The notes: generated by a model not told the origin, from the sequence alone. 64,000 nucleotides of DNA from Gammaproteobacteria bacterium (GCA_965215365.1 CBDCDS010000003.1:2272001-2336000); one strand, 5' to 3'. Shown: positions 39,181 to 49,690, counted from the stretch's first letter. Numbers and translations: made by a program.

Positions 39181-39354
39181 AGTGTAGAAGAAATTCGTGA
39201 GGCGATGCATTCACCTGAACTTATTGAGAACTATCCTGAAGCTAAATACGGCCCATGCTGCCTTATCCTTGGATACACAAAAGTTGGTCGACCGCTACAT
39301 GTTCACTGCAGTCATGCATCACGGGAACTCGTAGATAACCATGCTAAACATTGA
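39181..39354 (+). pseudogene. Internal fragment of a DUF4258-family protein
   Basis: SVEEIREAMHSPELIENYPEAKYGPCCLILGYTKVGRPLHVHCS; N-terminal region missing. Confidence 0.65.
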
Positions 39355-40627
39355 CAACCGCACTATTTTCTGTGATGACAATATTGATACTCTGCCGGGT
39401 ATCAATTCAGATAGTGTTGACTTGATTTATCTTGATCCGCCATTTAACAAAAACAAGAAATTTACGGCGCCTATCGGCACCAGCGCCGAGGGCGCGAGTT
39501 TTAAGGATATTTTTCGTGAAGATGATCTCAAAGACGAATGGGTGCGGACGATAGCGGAAGATGAACCCGAACTGTTCCGCTACCTGAGCGGAATTAGGGG
39601 CGTAGGCAAGCCTTATAACTTTGCCTATCTGGCCTATATGGCTATTCGGCTGATTGAATGCCGGCGTATCCTGAAGCCCGCCGGGTCTGTTTATCTGCAT
39701 TGCGACCCTACCATGTCGCACTACCTTAAAACGACTATGGATTACATATTCGGGGAGGAGAATTTCAGGAATGAAGTGGTATGGTGTTATCGTGGTGGTG
39801 GGGTGCCAAAATATGATTTTGCTCGCAAGCACGACATTATCCTTCGGTATTCCATGAATAAAACGCCCACTTTTAACGTTGACGATGTGCGCATCCCCTA
39901 TTCGGATGATGTTAACGGGTCGCATCCCAGCCGCTACGATAAATCTTATCGAACAAACAAGGTATATGAAGGATACAAGCCAAATGAAAAGGGCAAACAT
40001 CCTGAAGATTGGTGGACGATCCAACCTTTAATGCCCTCAGACAAGAAGGAACGCACCGGCTACCCGACACAGAAACCCCTTGCCTTACTAGAGCGCGTCA
40101 TACTGGCATCCACTAGGGCGGGCGATGTCGTGCTGGACCCGTTCTGTGGATGTGCTACGACCTGCATAGCGGCTGAAAGACTGGGACGTTCATGGATCGG
40201 CATCGATATATCAATTAAGGCGTATGAACTGGTTAAAGAGCGACTTGCAAAAGAAACAGCCAGCATCTTGAGCGGGGATGTTATCGTCGATCTGAAAACT
40301 GATCCCCCGGTACGCACGGACCAGGGGCGCGGACATAAAGAAACAAAATATGTCTATGTCATCTCCCATCCAAATTACCCGGGGGAGTACAAGGTGGGCA
40401 TTGCAAAGAACTGGAAATCCAGATTAAACTCATATCAGACTTCCGACCCTGACCGTCGGTACAAACTGGAATACAAGCTGACCACGCCCTGGTTCAGGGA
40501 AACGGAACAACACATCCATAATACCTTCCCAAGCAAGCACGAGTGGGTGCAAGGGAAACTGCACGACATAACCGAGGCCATCAGGATACACAAGCCCGAA
40601 GCGACCGAGGCACCAGCGCAGCCTTGA
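39341..40627 (+). CDS. DNA methyltransferase fused to a GIY-YIG/T5orf172-like domain
   Basis: YLDPPFN, YPTQKP, DPFCGC; C-terminal YVYVI...YKVGIA..R...E...H....EW. Confidence 0.85.
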   Translation: MLNIDNRTIFCDDNIDTLPGINSDSVDLIYLDPPFNKNKKFTAPIGTSAEGASFKDIFREDDLKDEWVRTIAEDEPELFRYLSGIRGVGKPYNFAYLAYMAIRLIECRRILKPAGSVYLHCDPTMSHYLKTTMDYIFGEENFRNEVVWCYRGGGVPKYDFARKHDIILRYSMNKTPTFNVDDVRIPYSDDVNGSHPSRYDKSYRTNKVYEGYKPNEKGKHPEDWWTIQPLMPSDKKERTGYPTQKPLALLERVILASTRAGDVVLDPFCGCATTCIAAERLGRSWIGIDISIKAYELVKERLAKETASILSGDVIVDLKTDPPVRTDQGRGHKETKYVYVISHPNYPGEYKVGIAKNWKSRLNSYQTSDPDRRYKLEYKLTTPWFRETEQHIHNTFPSKHEWVQGKLHDITEAIRIHKPEATEAPAQP

Positions 40628-40711
40628 CCTGTATCATGGCGCTTCAGATAACAGCCGTTGCGGAGAAAGCGGGTTGCAGCAGGATTAATTTCGATACGGG
40701 ACAAACCTGCC

Positions 40712-41440
40712 ATGACATTGTTGTCGTCAACCCCTGCCAATCCTGAGGCGGAATTGAACAGCGCGCGCCCTGACAGGTGTATCACCCCGCCCCGGTCGGA
40801 AGCGGAGTTGTTGCAGCGTTGTCGCGCCCTGGCGGGCAGGTCGCTGGGGCAGGTGGCGGCCGAGTTGGATATTGCCGCGCCCGCTTCGCGCACCCGGGGT
40901 AAGGGCTGGGCCGGGCAGCTGGTCGAGCGTTATCTGGGCGCCAGCGCCGGTTCGCAGCCGCAGCCGGACTTCGTGTCGCTGGGCATTGAGCTGAAAACCA
41001 TACCTGTGAACCGGCAAGGCCGAGCCGGGGAGTCGACTTTCGTTTGTATGGTGCCGCTGACGGGCGCCGCCGGCTTGCGCTGGCCTGATTCGACCGTGAG
41101 ACGCAAACTTGACCGGGTGTTATGGGTGCCGCTGGAGGCCGACCCGACGATCCTGCCGCAACACAGCCGGGTCGGCAATGCCTTTCTCTGGAGTCCGTCG
41201 CCGCAACAGGCGCGCATCCTCGAACAGGACTGGCAGGAACTGATGGAGCTGCTCTGTTTCGGTCATTTTGATCAGGTCAGCGCAAAACATGGGGAATACC
41301 TGCAAATCAGGCCCAAAGCAGCCAACGCCGCGAGCCTGGCCCGGGCCACCTTGGCCGACGGCAACAGTGGCCACACTCTCCCCCGCGGGTTTTACCTGCG
41401 CGCGCGCTTTACCAATATGCTACTGGACAGTTATTTGTGA
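40712..41440 (+). CDS. mutH: DNA mismatch repair endonuclease MutH
   Basis: KGWAGQLVE.YLGA.AGS...PDF..LGIELKTIP, LQIRPKAAN, RGFYLR motifs; start uncertain. Confidence 0.9.
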   Translation: MTLLSSTPANPEAELNSARPDRCITPPRSEAELLQRCRALAGRSLGQVAAELDIAAPASRTRGKGWAGQLVERYLGASAGSQPQPDFVSLGIELKTIPVNRQGRAGESTFVCMVPLTGAAGLRWPDSTVRRKLDRVLWVPLEADPTILPQHSRVGNAFLWSPSPQQARILEQDWQELMELLCFGHFDQVSAKHGEYLQIRPKAANAASLARATLADGNSGHTLPRGFYLRARFTNMLLDSYL

Positions 41441-42426
41441 AATTAAGCCACAAATTCTGTGTGGCGCCGATGATGGCGCATACCGATCGGCATTTTCGTT
41501 ATCTGCTGCGCCTGCTTTCAGGACAAGCCATGTTATATACGGAAATGCTGACTACCGGCGCCTTGTTGCATGGGGATACCGAGCAACATATCCGCTTCAA
41601 TGCCGCCGAACGCCCGCTCGGGATACAGCTGGGCGGCAGTGACCCCGAAGCACTGGCAAGGTGCGCCGGGCATGCCGCACAGTACGGCTATAACGAGGTT
41701 AACCTGAACGTGGGTTGCCCCAGCGCGCGGGTGCAGTCCGGTCGCTTTGGTGCCTGCCTCATGACCGAACCGGAACTGGTTGCAGACTGCGTCCGGGCCA
41801 TGACTGAGGCCAGCGCGATGCCGGTCACGGTGAAAGCCCGTACCGGCATAGACCGGCATGACGATTATGGCTACCTGCAACGGTTTGTCGGCACGGTTGC
41901 ACAAGCCGGTTGCCGCACCTTCATCATCCACGCCCGCAAGGCCTGGTTGCAAGGGCTGAGCCCACACCAGAACCGCACGCTGCCGCCCCTGCAATATGAC
42001 CGGGTGTACCGCCTGAAACAGGATTTCCCGGCCCTGGAAATTATTATTAACGGTGGCATCAACAGTCTGGATGAGACGCAAGCGCATCTGCACCATGTTG
42101 ATGGAGTCATGCTGGGCCGGGCCTTGTGCAACAACCCTTATCTGCTGACAGGGGTGGACAAAGCCCTGTTTGACATGAACAATAGGACGCTTTCCCGCAT
42201 GGAAGCGCTGCAACACTACCTGGACTACATGGAGACGGAACTGGCGCAAGGCGAGCGGTTGTATGCCATGGCGCGACACTTGCTTGGGCTGTTTCGCGGA
42301 CAACATGGCGCGCGCGCATTCCGACGCCACCTGACCACACAGGCGCTGCAGAAAAACGCCGGGGCGGAGGTGGTGCGGGAAGCGGCGGCGTTGCTTGGGG
42401 GTTTAGAGGTAGCCGCTAATTTTTAG
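41437..42426 (+). CDS. dusA: tRNA-dihydrouridine(20/20a) synthase
   Basis: VAPMM, NLNVGCPS, FGACLM, HARKAWLQGLSP motifs. Confidence 0.93.
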   Translation: MKLSHKFCVAPMMAHTDRHFRYLLRLLSGQAMLYTEMLTTGALLHGDTEQHIRFNAAERPLGIQLGGSDPEALARCAGHAAQYGYNEVNLNVGCPSARVQSGRFGACLMTEPELVADCVRAMTEASAMPVTVKARTGIDRHDDYGYLQRFVGTVAQAGCRTFIIHARKAWLQGLSPHQNRTLPPLQYDRVYRLKQDFPALEIIINGGINSLDETQAHLHHVDGVMLGRALCNNPYLLTGVDKALFDMNNRTLSRMEALQHYLDYMETELAQGERLYAMARHLLGLFRGQHGARAFRRHLTTQALQKNAGAEVVREAAALLGGLEVAANF

Positions 42427-42450
42427 AAGTGGCCTATAGTGGAAAGAGCA

Positions 42451-42526
42451 GCAGTATTATCATCACTTATTGAGAACAATCATGTTTCACAAGGCAACAA
42501 GCGACTTGGTGAGATATGCGGGTTAA
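42451..42526. repeat. Repeat family A, long copy
   Basis: Reverse complement of 11348-11422. Confidence 0.85.
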
Positions 42527-42551
42527 CCCGCTCACAGCCGGGGAGACGCTT

Positions 42552-42950
42552 ATGGCCGCGCTGCTGGTGCTGAGTCCGAGCGGTAGCGGCGGGGCCTTCG
42601 ACAACCCGCTGGTGGCCGGTATTGCCGCCTATCATGACGGTGACTACCGTGCCGCGGCAGACCGCTTTGCCGAGGCCGTGACGGCCGCGCCGCAGGATTC
42701 GAGGCGACATCACTGGCTGGGCAAGAGCTACGGCAGAATCGCCGAACATGGCAACTGGTTCGTCTCCATGTCCTACGCAAAAAAGACGCTGCAACAATTT
42801 CGCACTGCGGTAGCGTTGGATAAGGATAACTACGAGGCAGTACGCGACCTGGCCGATTACCTGGAATCCGCCCCGCGTTTTCTGGGCGGCGACAAGCAGG
42901 AAGCCGCACGCCTGAAACAACGGCTGCAACAGTTACGGGACGCTCCATGA
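42552..42950 (+). CDS. Small TPR-like protein, probably exported
   Basis: TPR-type helices (HHWLGKSYG); GGGAG RBS before ATG 42552. Confidence 0.65.
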   Translation: MAALLVLSPSGSGGAFDNPLVAGIAAYHDGDYRAAADRFAEAVTAAPQDSRRHHWLGKSYGRIAEHGNWFVSMSYAKKTLQQFRTAVALDKDNYEAVRDLADYLESAPRFLGGDKQEAARLKQRLQQLRDAP

Positions 42951-45046
42951 GCAAGACGCGCGCCACGGCGCTGCTGTTGCCTTGGCTGTGGCTGACTGAC
43001 GCCCAGGCAATCCCCCCCGCAGTAACGGATGCGGAATTGCACGCAGCAGAGCGTCACCGGCGCGCCACGCTGATCATTACTCACATCATGGATGAATACC
43101 ATTACCGCAACAAGCCGCTGGATGACGAGCTGTCCGCGCGTATCCTGGATTCCTACCTTGATAGCCTGGACGGTAATCGCAGTTACTTCCTGGCACAGGA
43201 TGTGGCGGACTTTGCGCACTACCGCCAGCGGCTCGACGAAGCGCTGGCGGAGGCGCAGCTTGAACCTGCCTTCGAGATCTTCCGGCGCTACCGGCAACGG
43301 GTTGCCGAGCGTGTTGAGTATGCCCGGCAACTGCTGCAAACGGAATTTGACTTCAGCATTGAGGAGGAATATCTGTTCGACCGGCGCGCCGGCGACTGGG
43401 CGGCCAGCCCGGCAGAGTTGGATGAAATCTGGCGCAAAAAGGTAAAGAATGACTACCTGATGTTATTGCTGGCAGACCAGGAGCATGACGAGATAAAGGC
43501 GCTGCTGGACCAACGCTATACCCGTTTACAAACCAGCGCCTGGCAAATCAAGCCCAACGACGTATTCCAATCGTTCATCAATGCCTACACCTCAACCATA
43601 GAACCGCACTCTTACTATTTTACTCCGCGCTCCTCGGAAAATTTCGACATCACCATGAAACTCTCTTTAGAGGGTATCGGCGCGGTGTTGCGTGCGGAAA
43701 ACGAATACACGGTAGTACAGAAAATCATCCCCGGCGGTCCGGCGGAGCACGGCGGCGAGCTACGCGCTGAAGACCGGATTATTGGCGTCGGCCAGGGCCT
43801 GCAAGGCGACATCACGGACGTGGTAGGCTGGCGCTTGGATGACGTGGTTGACATGATCCGGGGGGCGAAGGGTTCCGTAGTAAGGCTGGAAGTCCTGCCG
43901 CAACGGGCGGCTGCCAAGGGCCTCAGCAAAATTATCGCCATCACCCGTGACAAAATCAGGCTGGAAGATCAGGCTGCCAAATCGGAGATTATACAACTGG
44001 ACGGTGGCGGCGCCATCGGTGTTATCAAGGTGCCGACGTTCTACAGCGACTACACTGCCCAGCAGGCTGGCAAGCAGGATTACCGCAGCACCGCCCGTGA
44101 TGTGCGGCGCTTGCTTGAGGAGCTGCAACAGAGTGACCTGGACGGCCTGGTGATGGACCTGCGCGGCAACGGCGGCGGCTCGCTGACCGAAGCGCTGGAA
44201 CTGACCGGACTGTTCATAGCAACCGGCCCCATCATCCAGACCCGGGACTACTCCGGCAACATCGAGATCAACGGCGACCCTTACCCGGATATCAGTTACG
44301 GCGGCCCGCTGGCGGTACTGGTCAACCGCAACAGCGCCTCGGGTTCCGAAATTTTTGCCGGCGCCATCCAGGACTACCGGCGCGGCATTATTATCGGCGA
44401 TCCGACTTTCGGAAAGGGCACGGTACAGAATATCATCGACCTGAACCAGTTCACCGAAACGCAGACGGAAGACCATGGCCGACTGAAGGCAACGGTGGCG
44501 CAGTTTTACCGAGTCAGCGGCGGCAGTAACCAGTACCGCGGCGTGACCCCAGACATCATCTATCCCACGGCCCGCTACAACGAGGACTACGGCGAGCGCA
44601 TGTTGGACAATGCCCTGCCCTGGGACCAGGTGCGCCCGGTACATTTCGTGCCGACCAGCGCACCGGTGCAGCACTTTGCCCGGGTCAGGGCGCAGCATGA
44701 GCAACGCCTGCGCGACAACCGGCTGATCAACCTGCTGCTCCGCGATCTGGAAGCCGCAAAATCTACCGCGGACATCAAGCGCGTGAGCCTACAAGAGCAG
44801 CAACGCCGGGCGGAACGGGAACAACGGCGACTTGAGACCGAGGCCATCCGCAATGAAATACGTCTGGCCGCGGGCCTGCCACCCGTCGCCGCAGCTGGCG
44901 CTGAACCCGCAGCTGCCGAGGTGCTGGAACAACTGGACCCGTTCCTAGAAGAAGCCGCCCGCATCCTCTACGATCTGGTCGTGCCGATACCTCAGCCCGC
45001 GCCGCAACAAACGGCATTGACCTCATGGCATAAAATATTGCACTAA
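42947..45046 (+). CDS. prc: Carboxy-terminal processing protease Prc/Tsp
   Basis: LSLEGIGAVL PDZ region, DLRGNGGG, SASGSEI, FGKGTVQ. Confidence 0.93.
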   Translation: MSKTRATALLLPWLWLTDAQAIPPAVTDAELHAAERHRRATLIITHIMDEYHYRNKPLDDELSARILDSYLDSLDGNRSYFLAQDVADFAHYRQRLDEALAEAQLEPAFEIFRRYRQRVAERVEYARQLLQTEFDFSIEEEYLFDRRAGDWAASPAELDEIWRKKVKNDYLMLLLADQEHDEIKALLDQRYTRLQTSAWQIKPNDVFQSFINAYTSTIEPHSYYFTPRSSENFDITMKLSLEGIGAVLRAENEYTVVQKIIPGGPAEHGGELRAEDRIIGVGQGLQGDITDVVGWRLDDVVDMIRGAKGSVVRLEVLPQRAAAKGLSKIIAITRDKIRLEDQAAKSEIIQLDGGGAIGVIKVPTFYSDYTAQQAGKQDYRSTARDVRRLLEELQQSDLDGLVMDLRGNGGGSLTEALELTGLFIATGPIIQTRDYSGNIEINGDPYPDISYGGPLAVLVNRNSASGSEIFAGAIQDYRRGIIIGDPTFGKGTVQNIIDLNQFTETQTEDHGRLKATVAQFYRVSGGSNQYRGVTPDIIYPTARYNEDYGERMLDNALPWDQVRPVHFVPTSAPVQHFARVRAQHEQRLRDNRLINLLLRDLEAAKSTADIKRVSLQEQQRRAEREQRRLETEAIRNEIRLAAGLPPVAAAGAEPAAAEVLEQLDPFLEEAARILYDLVVPIPQPAPQQTALTSWHKILH

Positions 45047-46204
45047 ATCATTCAGGTAGCGCGCGCCTTTTTCTGTTGCCTGCAACAACCCCGGCTCCGG
45101 CTCCAGCAAACCATCAGCTCTGGCGGCATCGACCTGGGCGGCAATAGTATCCGGCTCTAACCCGGTGCTGGCGCTGAACGCGGACAACGGCACGCCGTCT
45201 TTAAGCCGCAATGCATTGAGCATGAACTCTAGGATGCAATCGTCCTGTGTCAACGCCTTGCGCTCGGCAATGGCGGCGTCACTGCCGGCATGGTGGATAT
45301 AAGCTGCCGGCAGGCGTCGGCGTGATTGTCGCGTGATCGTCGGCCGTAACGGGGCGCCCCCGTCCGTGAATGTGGTGAGTTTGCTGTGCGCGCCGGCGCC
45401 GATGCCGAGATAGTCGCCAAACTGCCAGTAGTTCAGGTTGTGCCGACATTCACTACCCGACCGGGACCAGGCGGACACCTCATAGCGCCGGTAGCCATGT
45501 CGCGCCAGATAGTCGCCGCCGCGCGCCTGCATGTCCCAGGTGCGATCGTCATCCGGCAACGCCGGCGGTCTGGCATGGAACACGGTATTGGGTTCGATGG
45601 TGAGCTGGTACCAAGAGATATGCGCCGGTTCCAGGCTGACTGCCGCGGCGAGGTCGGACAGGGCCGCTTGCACCGACTGGCCGGGCAGTCCATACATCAG
45701 GTCGATATTGATATTGGCAAACCCTGCCTTAGCTGCCATAGCCAGCGCCGCGCGCGCGTCGGCGGCGCTGTGAATCCTGCCTATCGCCTTGAGGCTGTCG
45801 TCATCGAAACTCTGCACGCCAATAGACAGCCGGTTCACGCCCAGGGCGCGATAATCGGCAACGCGCTGCGCGTCGCTGATGCCGGGGTTCGCCTCCAGAG
45901 TAATTTCCGCGTCGGCGGCAAGCTCCAACCGGGAAGCCGCCGCCTCTAGGATGGCGCCGATACCGCTTGCTGAGAGCAGACTTGGCGTGCCGCCGCCAAG
46001 GAAAACAGTCTCAAGCCTGTTGCCTGCCAACGAGCCACGGCTGAACTCAAGGTCGCGCGCCAACGCCACCACGTACTCCTGCTCCGGGAAGGAACCGCCC
46101 GTTATTTCATGGGAATTGAAATCACAATAAGGGCACTTCCTGACACACCAGGGCAGGTGTACGTACAACGTCAACGGCAGGTCAGTTAATCCTGTAGTTT
46201 GCAC
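45023..46204 (-). CDS. hemW: Radical SAM heme chaperone HemW
   Basis: YVHLPWCVRKCPYCDFNS, HNLNYW motifs. Confidence 0.92.
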   Translation of the reverse strand: MQTTGLTDLPLTLYVHLPWCVRKCPYCDFNSHEITGGSFPEQEYVVALARDLEFSRGSLAGNRLETVFLGGGTPSLLSASGIGAILEAAASRLELAADAEITLEANPGISDAQRVADYRALGVNRLSIGVQSFDDDSLKAIGRIHSAADARAALAMAAKAGFANINIDLMYGLPGQSVQAALSDLAAAVSLEPAHISWYQLTIEPNTVFHARPPALPDDDRTWDMQARGGDYLARHGYRRYEVSAWSRSGSECRHNLNYWQFGDYLGIGAGAHSKLTTFTDGGAPLRPTITRQSRRRLPAAYIHHAGSDAAIAERKALTQDDCILEFMLNALRLKDGVPLSAFSASTGLEPDTIAAQVDAARADGLLEPEPGLLQATEKGARYLNDLVQYFMP

Positions 46205-46278
46205 AGCTTATGTCGGGGTTGGCCCGCAGATCTCACCAAGTGATGCGAAGATCGCGCCGGATTGGTTCTGCCTGCGGG

Positions 46279-47376
46279 TTAAAGTCTTTGCAGCAACGGC
46301 TCAACCTGCTTGAGCAACGCATCCTGGTGTGGCTGCAACGGCTGACCGCCCAGGCCTGCCAGCACCGGTTCGAAGGGGTCTGCAACGCCGGTGTTGATGC
46401 CGGACAACTGTTCCAGCACCGCCAGACCGAAGAACGGTACCGTATGGCCGCTGTAGCCGCCTTCGTGGCACAGCGCCAGACGACCGTCGCAGACTTCGGC
46501 TGCAACCTGCATCATCTTTGCCGTGAGGCTGCGAAAACCTTCACTGGTCAGCAGCTGCCGACCCAGCGGGTCGTGCGCTCCGGCATCGAAACCGGACGGG
46601 ATAATGATGAAATCGGGCCGGTATTTCTGTAGTGCGGGGATAACGATGCGATCGAACGCCGCCTGATAGGCACCCACACCTGAGCCCGGCGGCAGCGGCA
46701 CATTGATGTTATAGCCGGCGCCGGCACCCTCCCCGGTCTCACTCATGTGGCCGGAATCAGGCGGGAAGCAGTTGTCCTGGTGTATTGAGATGGTCAGTGC
46801 TGCGGGGTTGTCCCAGAATGCGGCCTGGGTGCCGTTGCCGTGGTGCACATCCCAATCCACGATGGCAATACGGTCGAGCTTGCGCGCGGCGAGCAGGTGC
46901 ATCCCGGCAATAGCGGCGTTGCCGAAGATACAAAACCCCATGCCCATATCGGGCAAGGCATGGTGTCCCGGCGGGCGCACTAGGGCGTAGGCATTATCCA
47001 CCTTGCCGTCCAGCACTGCATCCACCGCCTCGAGCACCCCGCCGGCAGCGAGGCGCGCGATCTCGAAGCTGCCGCGCCCCATTGCCGTAAAAAAACCCGT
47101 CTCCGACAGATACTGCTCATTCTGTGCCTTGATCTTCTGGTAATGCTCAACCGTATGGAACCGACAGATTTCCTCTTGCGTTGCCTCCCGCGGCTCGATA
47201 TGCGCCAATTCCTTGAGGATACCGCTGACCTCCAGCAGGTTACGAATGCGCCGCTTGGTTTCCTGGTGCTCGGCATGAATGTATGGCTGCACCGGGTTGC
47301 CAAACGGCATCATCGCGGCAAAATTGCCGTTCTCATGCCACATGTAAAGTTCGTGATAGACAAAGCCTGTTGCCAT
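46279..47376 (-). CDS. Class II histone deacetylase-like amidohydrolase
   Basis: RPPGHH, DWDVHHGNGTQ, HEGGY motifs. Confidence 0.9.
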   Translation of the reverse strand: MATGFVYHELYMWHENGNFAAMMPFGNPVQPYIHAEHQETKRRIRNLLEVSGILKELAHIEPREATQEEICRFHTVEHYQKIKAQNEQYLSETGFFTAMGRGSFEIARLAAGGVLEAVDAVLDGKVDNAYALVRPPGHHALPDMGMGFCIFGNAAIAGMHLLAARKLDRIAIVDWDVHHGNGTQAAFWDNPAALTISIHQDNCFPPDSGHMSETGEGAGAGYNINVPLPPGSGVGAYQAAFDRIVIPALQKYRPDFIIIPSGFDAGAHDPLGRQLLTSEGFRSLTAKMMQVAAEVCDGRLALCHEGGYSGHTVPFFGLAVLEQLSGINTGVADPFEPVLAGLGGQPLQPHQDALLKQVEPLLQRL

Positions 47377-47442
47377 GACGGGCTCCTCAAGATTTCAGTA
47401 TTTTTGCAATAGTATGATTATTCTCGCCCGTTAGAGGTGACC

Positions 47443-49572
47443 TTAAGTGTGTAACGTCATTTCGATTGACTTATTATTTTGACCATCGCCACTGTCAACG
47501 ATTTTGCTACCCCGGGGGCAGGTCGCGGTCACTTCCACCCAGGCATCATAGGCTGACTGGCCGACGCTGAACGGGAACAGGTCAACGGCGGCGTCCGGCA
47601 CGCAGCGCGCGCTGGACGTGAGCCGGTTGAACCCCGGCCAGCCGTCGTGGATCCAGACCGTGCCCGGCAATACTTCGTCAGTCACCCGGGCCCGGGCGCG
47701 GCAGGTGGCGCGCTGGTTGTGTACGGTGATCTCGGCACCGTCGGCGATGCCGCGTGCTTCGGCATCTGCCCGCGCAATCCACAGGGTCGGCCCCGCTTCC
47801 AGCTTGTGCAGCGACGGCAGCGCCCGGCCATGGTCGTAGAAGGCATGAAAATGGGTCAGCGTGCGCCCGTTGCGCAGTTCCAACGGGTAGTCCGCCGCGG
47901 CCGGACGTTCCCGGTATTCGGGCAGGGCCGGCAGGCCGTGCTGCGCGGCGCGGGCGGAATAAAACTCCAGCTTGCCGGAGGGCGTGGCATAGCGATGGTC
48001 CGGGTAGGCTACATGGGAAATATGCAAGGCACCGATACCGCCTTGGGCGCGCAATGACGCGACCGTGGCATGGCCGGTGCGGGGATGATCCAGCACCGCG
48101 TCGATATGCCCGTGATCGGACTCCCACGGATAGAAATCCTCCAGCCCCAGGCGCGCGGCCAGGTCTCTGACCAGGGCGCTTAAGGGGCGCGCTTCCCCGG
48201 GTGCCGGCAAGGCTTTATCCATCAGGTACAAGTGGGTGTGGGTGGCCTTTACCCCCACATCTTCCAGCCATGCAGTAGCCGGCAACACTACATCCGCATG
48301 CTGGTGCAGCATGTCATTCATAAACAGGTCGTAGCCGACCACCAGGTCCATGTTGTTGAGGCCGGCTGCGACGCGCCCGGCGTCGGCGAAGGACGACAAC
48401 ATGTTGGTGCCCAGCAGCATGAACGCCCGCAACCGTCCCTGCTCCATGGCCTCCAGGATGGCCGGCATCTGGTTGGGAATATACGCGCCAGGCGGGCGGG
48501 CGGCCAGATCACGGATAGGGTTGGTGGCAAAGCCGTGTGCGGGCGCGGCGTGACGCGGCCCCAGGCCACAGCCCGGCTTGCCGGATTTGCCGGTCAGCGC
48601 CGGCAGGCAGGACACCGCCCGAGCCGCCTGCCAGCCGTGCTCATCCTTGAACAGGGAACTGCCGCCCAGCACAATCATAGCGCGTTCGGTGTTGGCGTAG
48701 GCGTGCGCCAGGGCCACGATACGCGCCGCCTCCAGGCCGGTGATCGCCTCGGCCCAGGCCGGGGTAAAGTCCCGCACATGCTCGCTGAGCTCGACAAACC
48801 CGGTGGTGTGCCGCTCAATAAAATCCCGGTCGGTCAGGTCTGCGCTGATGAGCACATGCATCAGGGCCAGGGCCAGGGCCGCGTCCGTGCCGGGCTTGAC
48901 CAAGAAATACTCGTCCGCCTGCTTGCAGGACTCGCTCACGCGCACATCAATAACAAGCAGTTGCGCCCCGCGCCGCCGCGCCGCGGCGACATGGCGTCCG
49001 CTATTGGGCTGGCTGGCAATATTGGCGCCCCAGAACAGGATCAGATCGGCGTGTTCCCCCATGTCCTCCTTGGTGTTGGCTTCCAGCAACCCGGTCAAGC
49101 CCAGGCCGAAGCCACCCAACCCCCAGCAGATCATACTGCCGTCCCACCAGTGGCAACCGTAGCGGTTGGCGAATCGCAGCAATAGTTCAATGTGGGCAAA
49201 GACGCCGTAGTCATTGGCCAGGGTCCCGTGCCCGGCCCAGAACCCCACTGCGTCCCGGCCGACGCGCCGGAAGCCATCGACGATGCGCGCCAGTGCCTCG
49301 TCCCAGCTCACCACATCCCACTCGTCACGGCCGCGCGTCCTGCGCAGCATGGGATACAAAAGACGCCGCGGGTTATTGATGAGCTCTGCGGCAGCCTGGC
49401 CGCGCACGCACAGAAAGCCGCGGCTGTCCGGGTTGTCCTTGTCACCGGTGATGCCCAGCAGTTGCTCATTCTCCACCGTCACCTGCATCCCGCAAAACGT
49501 GGGATGGCAGTTCATGGGGCACATGGTGCGCACGGTATGGGGCGCTTGCGTAGCTGCGGCGGTCATTTGCAT
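47443..49572 (-). CDS. Molybdopterin (DMSO reductase family) oxidoreductase
   Basis: N-terminal Fe-S motif CPMNC....C...C; DVVLPA; C-terminal molydop-binding domain; start uncertain. Confidence 0.88.
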   Translation of the reverse strand: MQMTAAATQAPHTVRTMCPMNCHPTFCGMQVTVENEQLLGITGDKDNPDSRGFLCVRGQAAAELINNPRRLLYPMLRRTRGRDEWDVVSWDEALARIVDGFRRVGRDAVGFWAGHGTLANDYGVFAHIELLLRFANRYGCHWWDGSMICWGLGGFGLGLTGLLEANTKEDMGEHADLILFWGANIASQPNSGRHVAAARRRGAQLLVIDVRVSESCKQADEYFLVKPGTDAALALALMHVLISADLTDRDFIERHTTGFVELSEHVRDFTPAWAEAITGLEAARIVALAHAYANTERAMIVLGGSSLFKDEHGWQAARAVSCLPALTGKSGKPGCGLGPRHAAPAHGFATNPIRDLAARPPGAYIPNQMPAILEAMEQGRLRAFMLLGTNMLSSFADAGRVAAGLNNMDLVVGYDLFMNDMLHQHADVVLPATAWLEDVGVKATHTHLYLMDKALPAPGEARPLSALVRDLAARLGLEDFYPWESDHGHIDAVLDHPRTGHATVASLRAQGGIGALHISHVAYPDHRYATPSGKLEFYSARAAQHGLPALPEYRERPAAADYPLELRNGRTLTHFHAFYDHGRALPSLHKLEAGPTLWIARADAEARGIADGAEITVHNQRATCRARARVTDEVLPGTVWIHDGWPGFNRLTSSARCVPDAAVDLFPFSVGQSAYDAWVEVTATCPRGSKIVDSGDGQNNKSIEMTLHT

Positions 49573-49630
49573 TGCGTTGTTACTCACCTGACTTGCAGGC
49601 GATAGACGAACTGCGGGCACAGATGCCCTT

Positions 49631-49690
49631 TTACATCGTCGAGGGAATTTGATTTTCTTCCCACTTCTCATGCCAGAATTGATGTTCCAT
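49631..49690 (-). pseudogene. N-terminal stub of thiopurine S-methyltransferase
   Basis: MEHQFWHEKWEENQIP then stop after 19 aa; matches the TPMT start M...FW..KW..NQI. Confidence 0.55.

Noticed and set aside
42516-42551. TPR protein start at 42516
   Set aside because: That ATG lies inside repeat family A; ATG 42552 has a better RBS
45023-45046. prc/hemW convergent 24-bp overlap
   Set aside because: Short tail-to-tail overlaps are common
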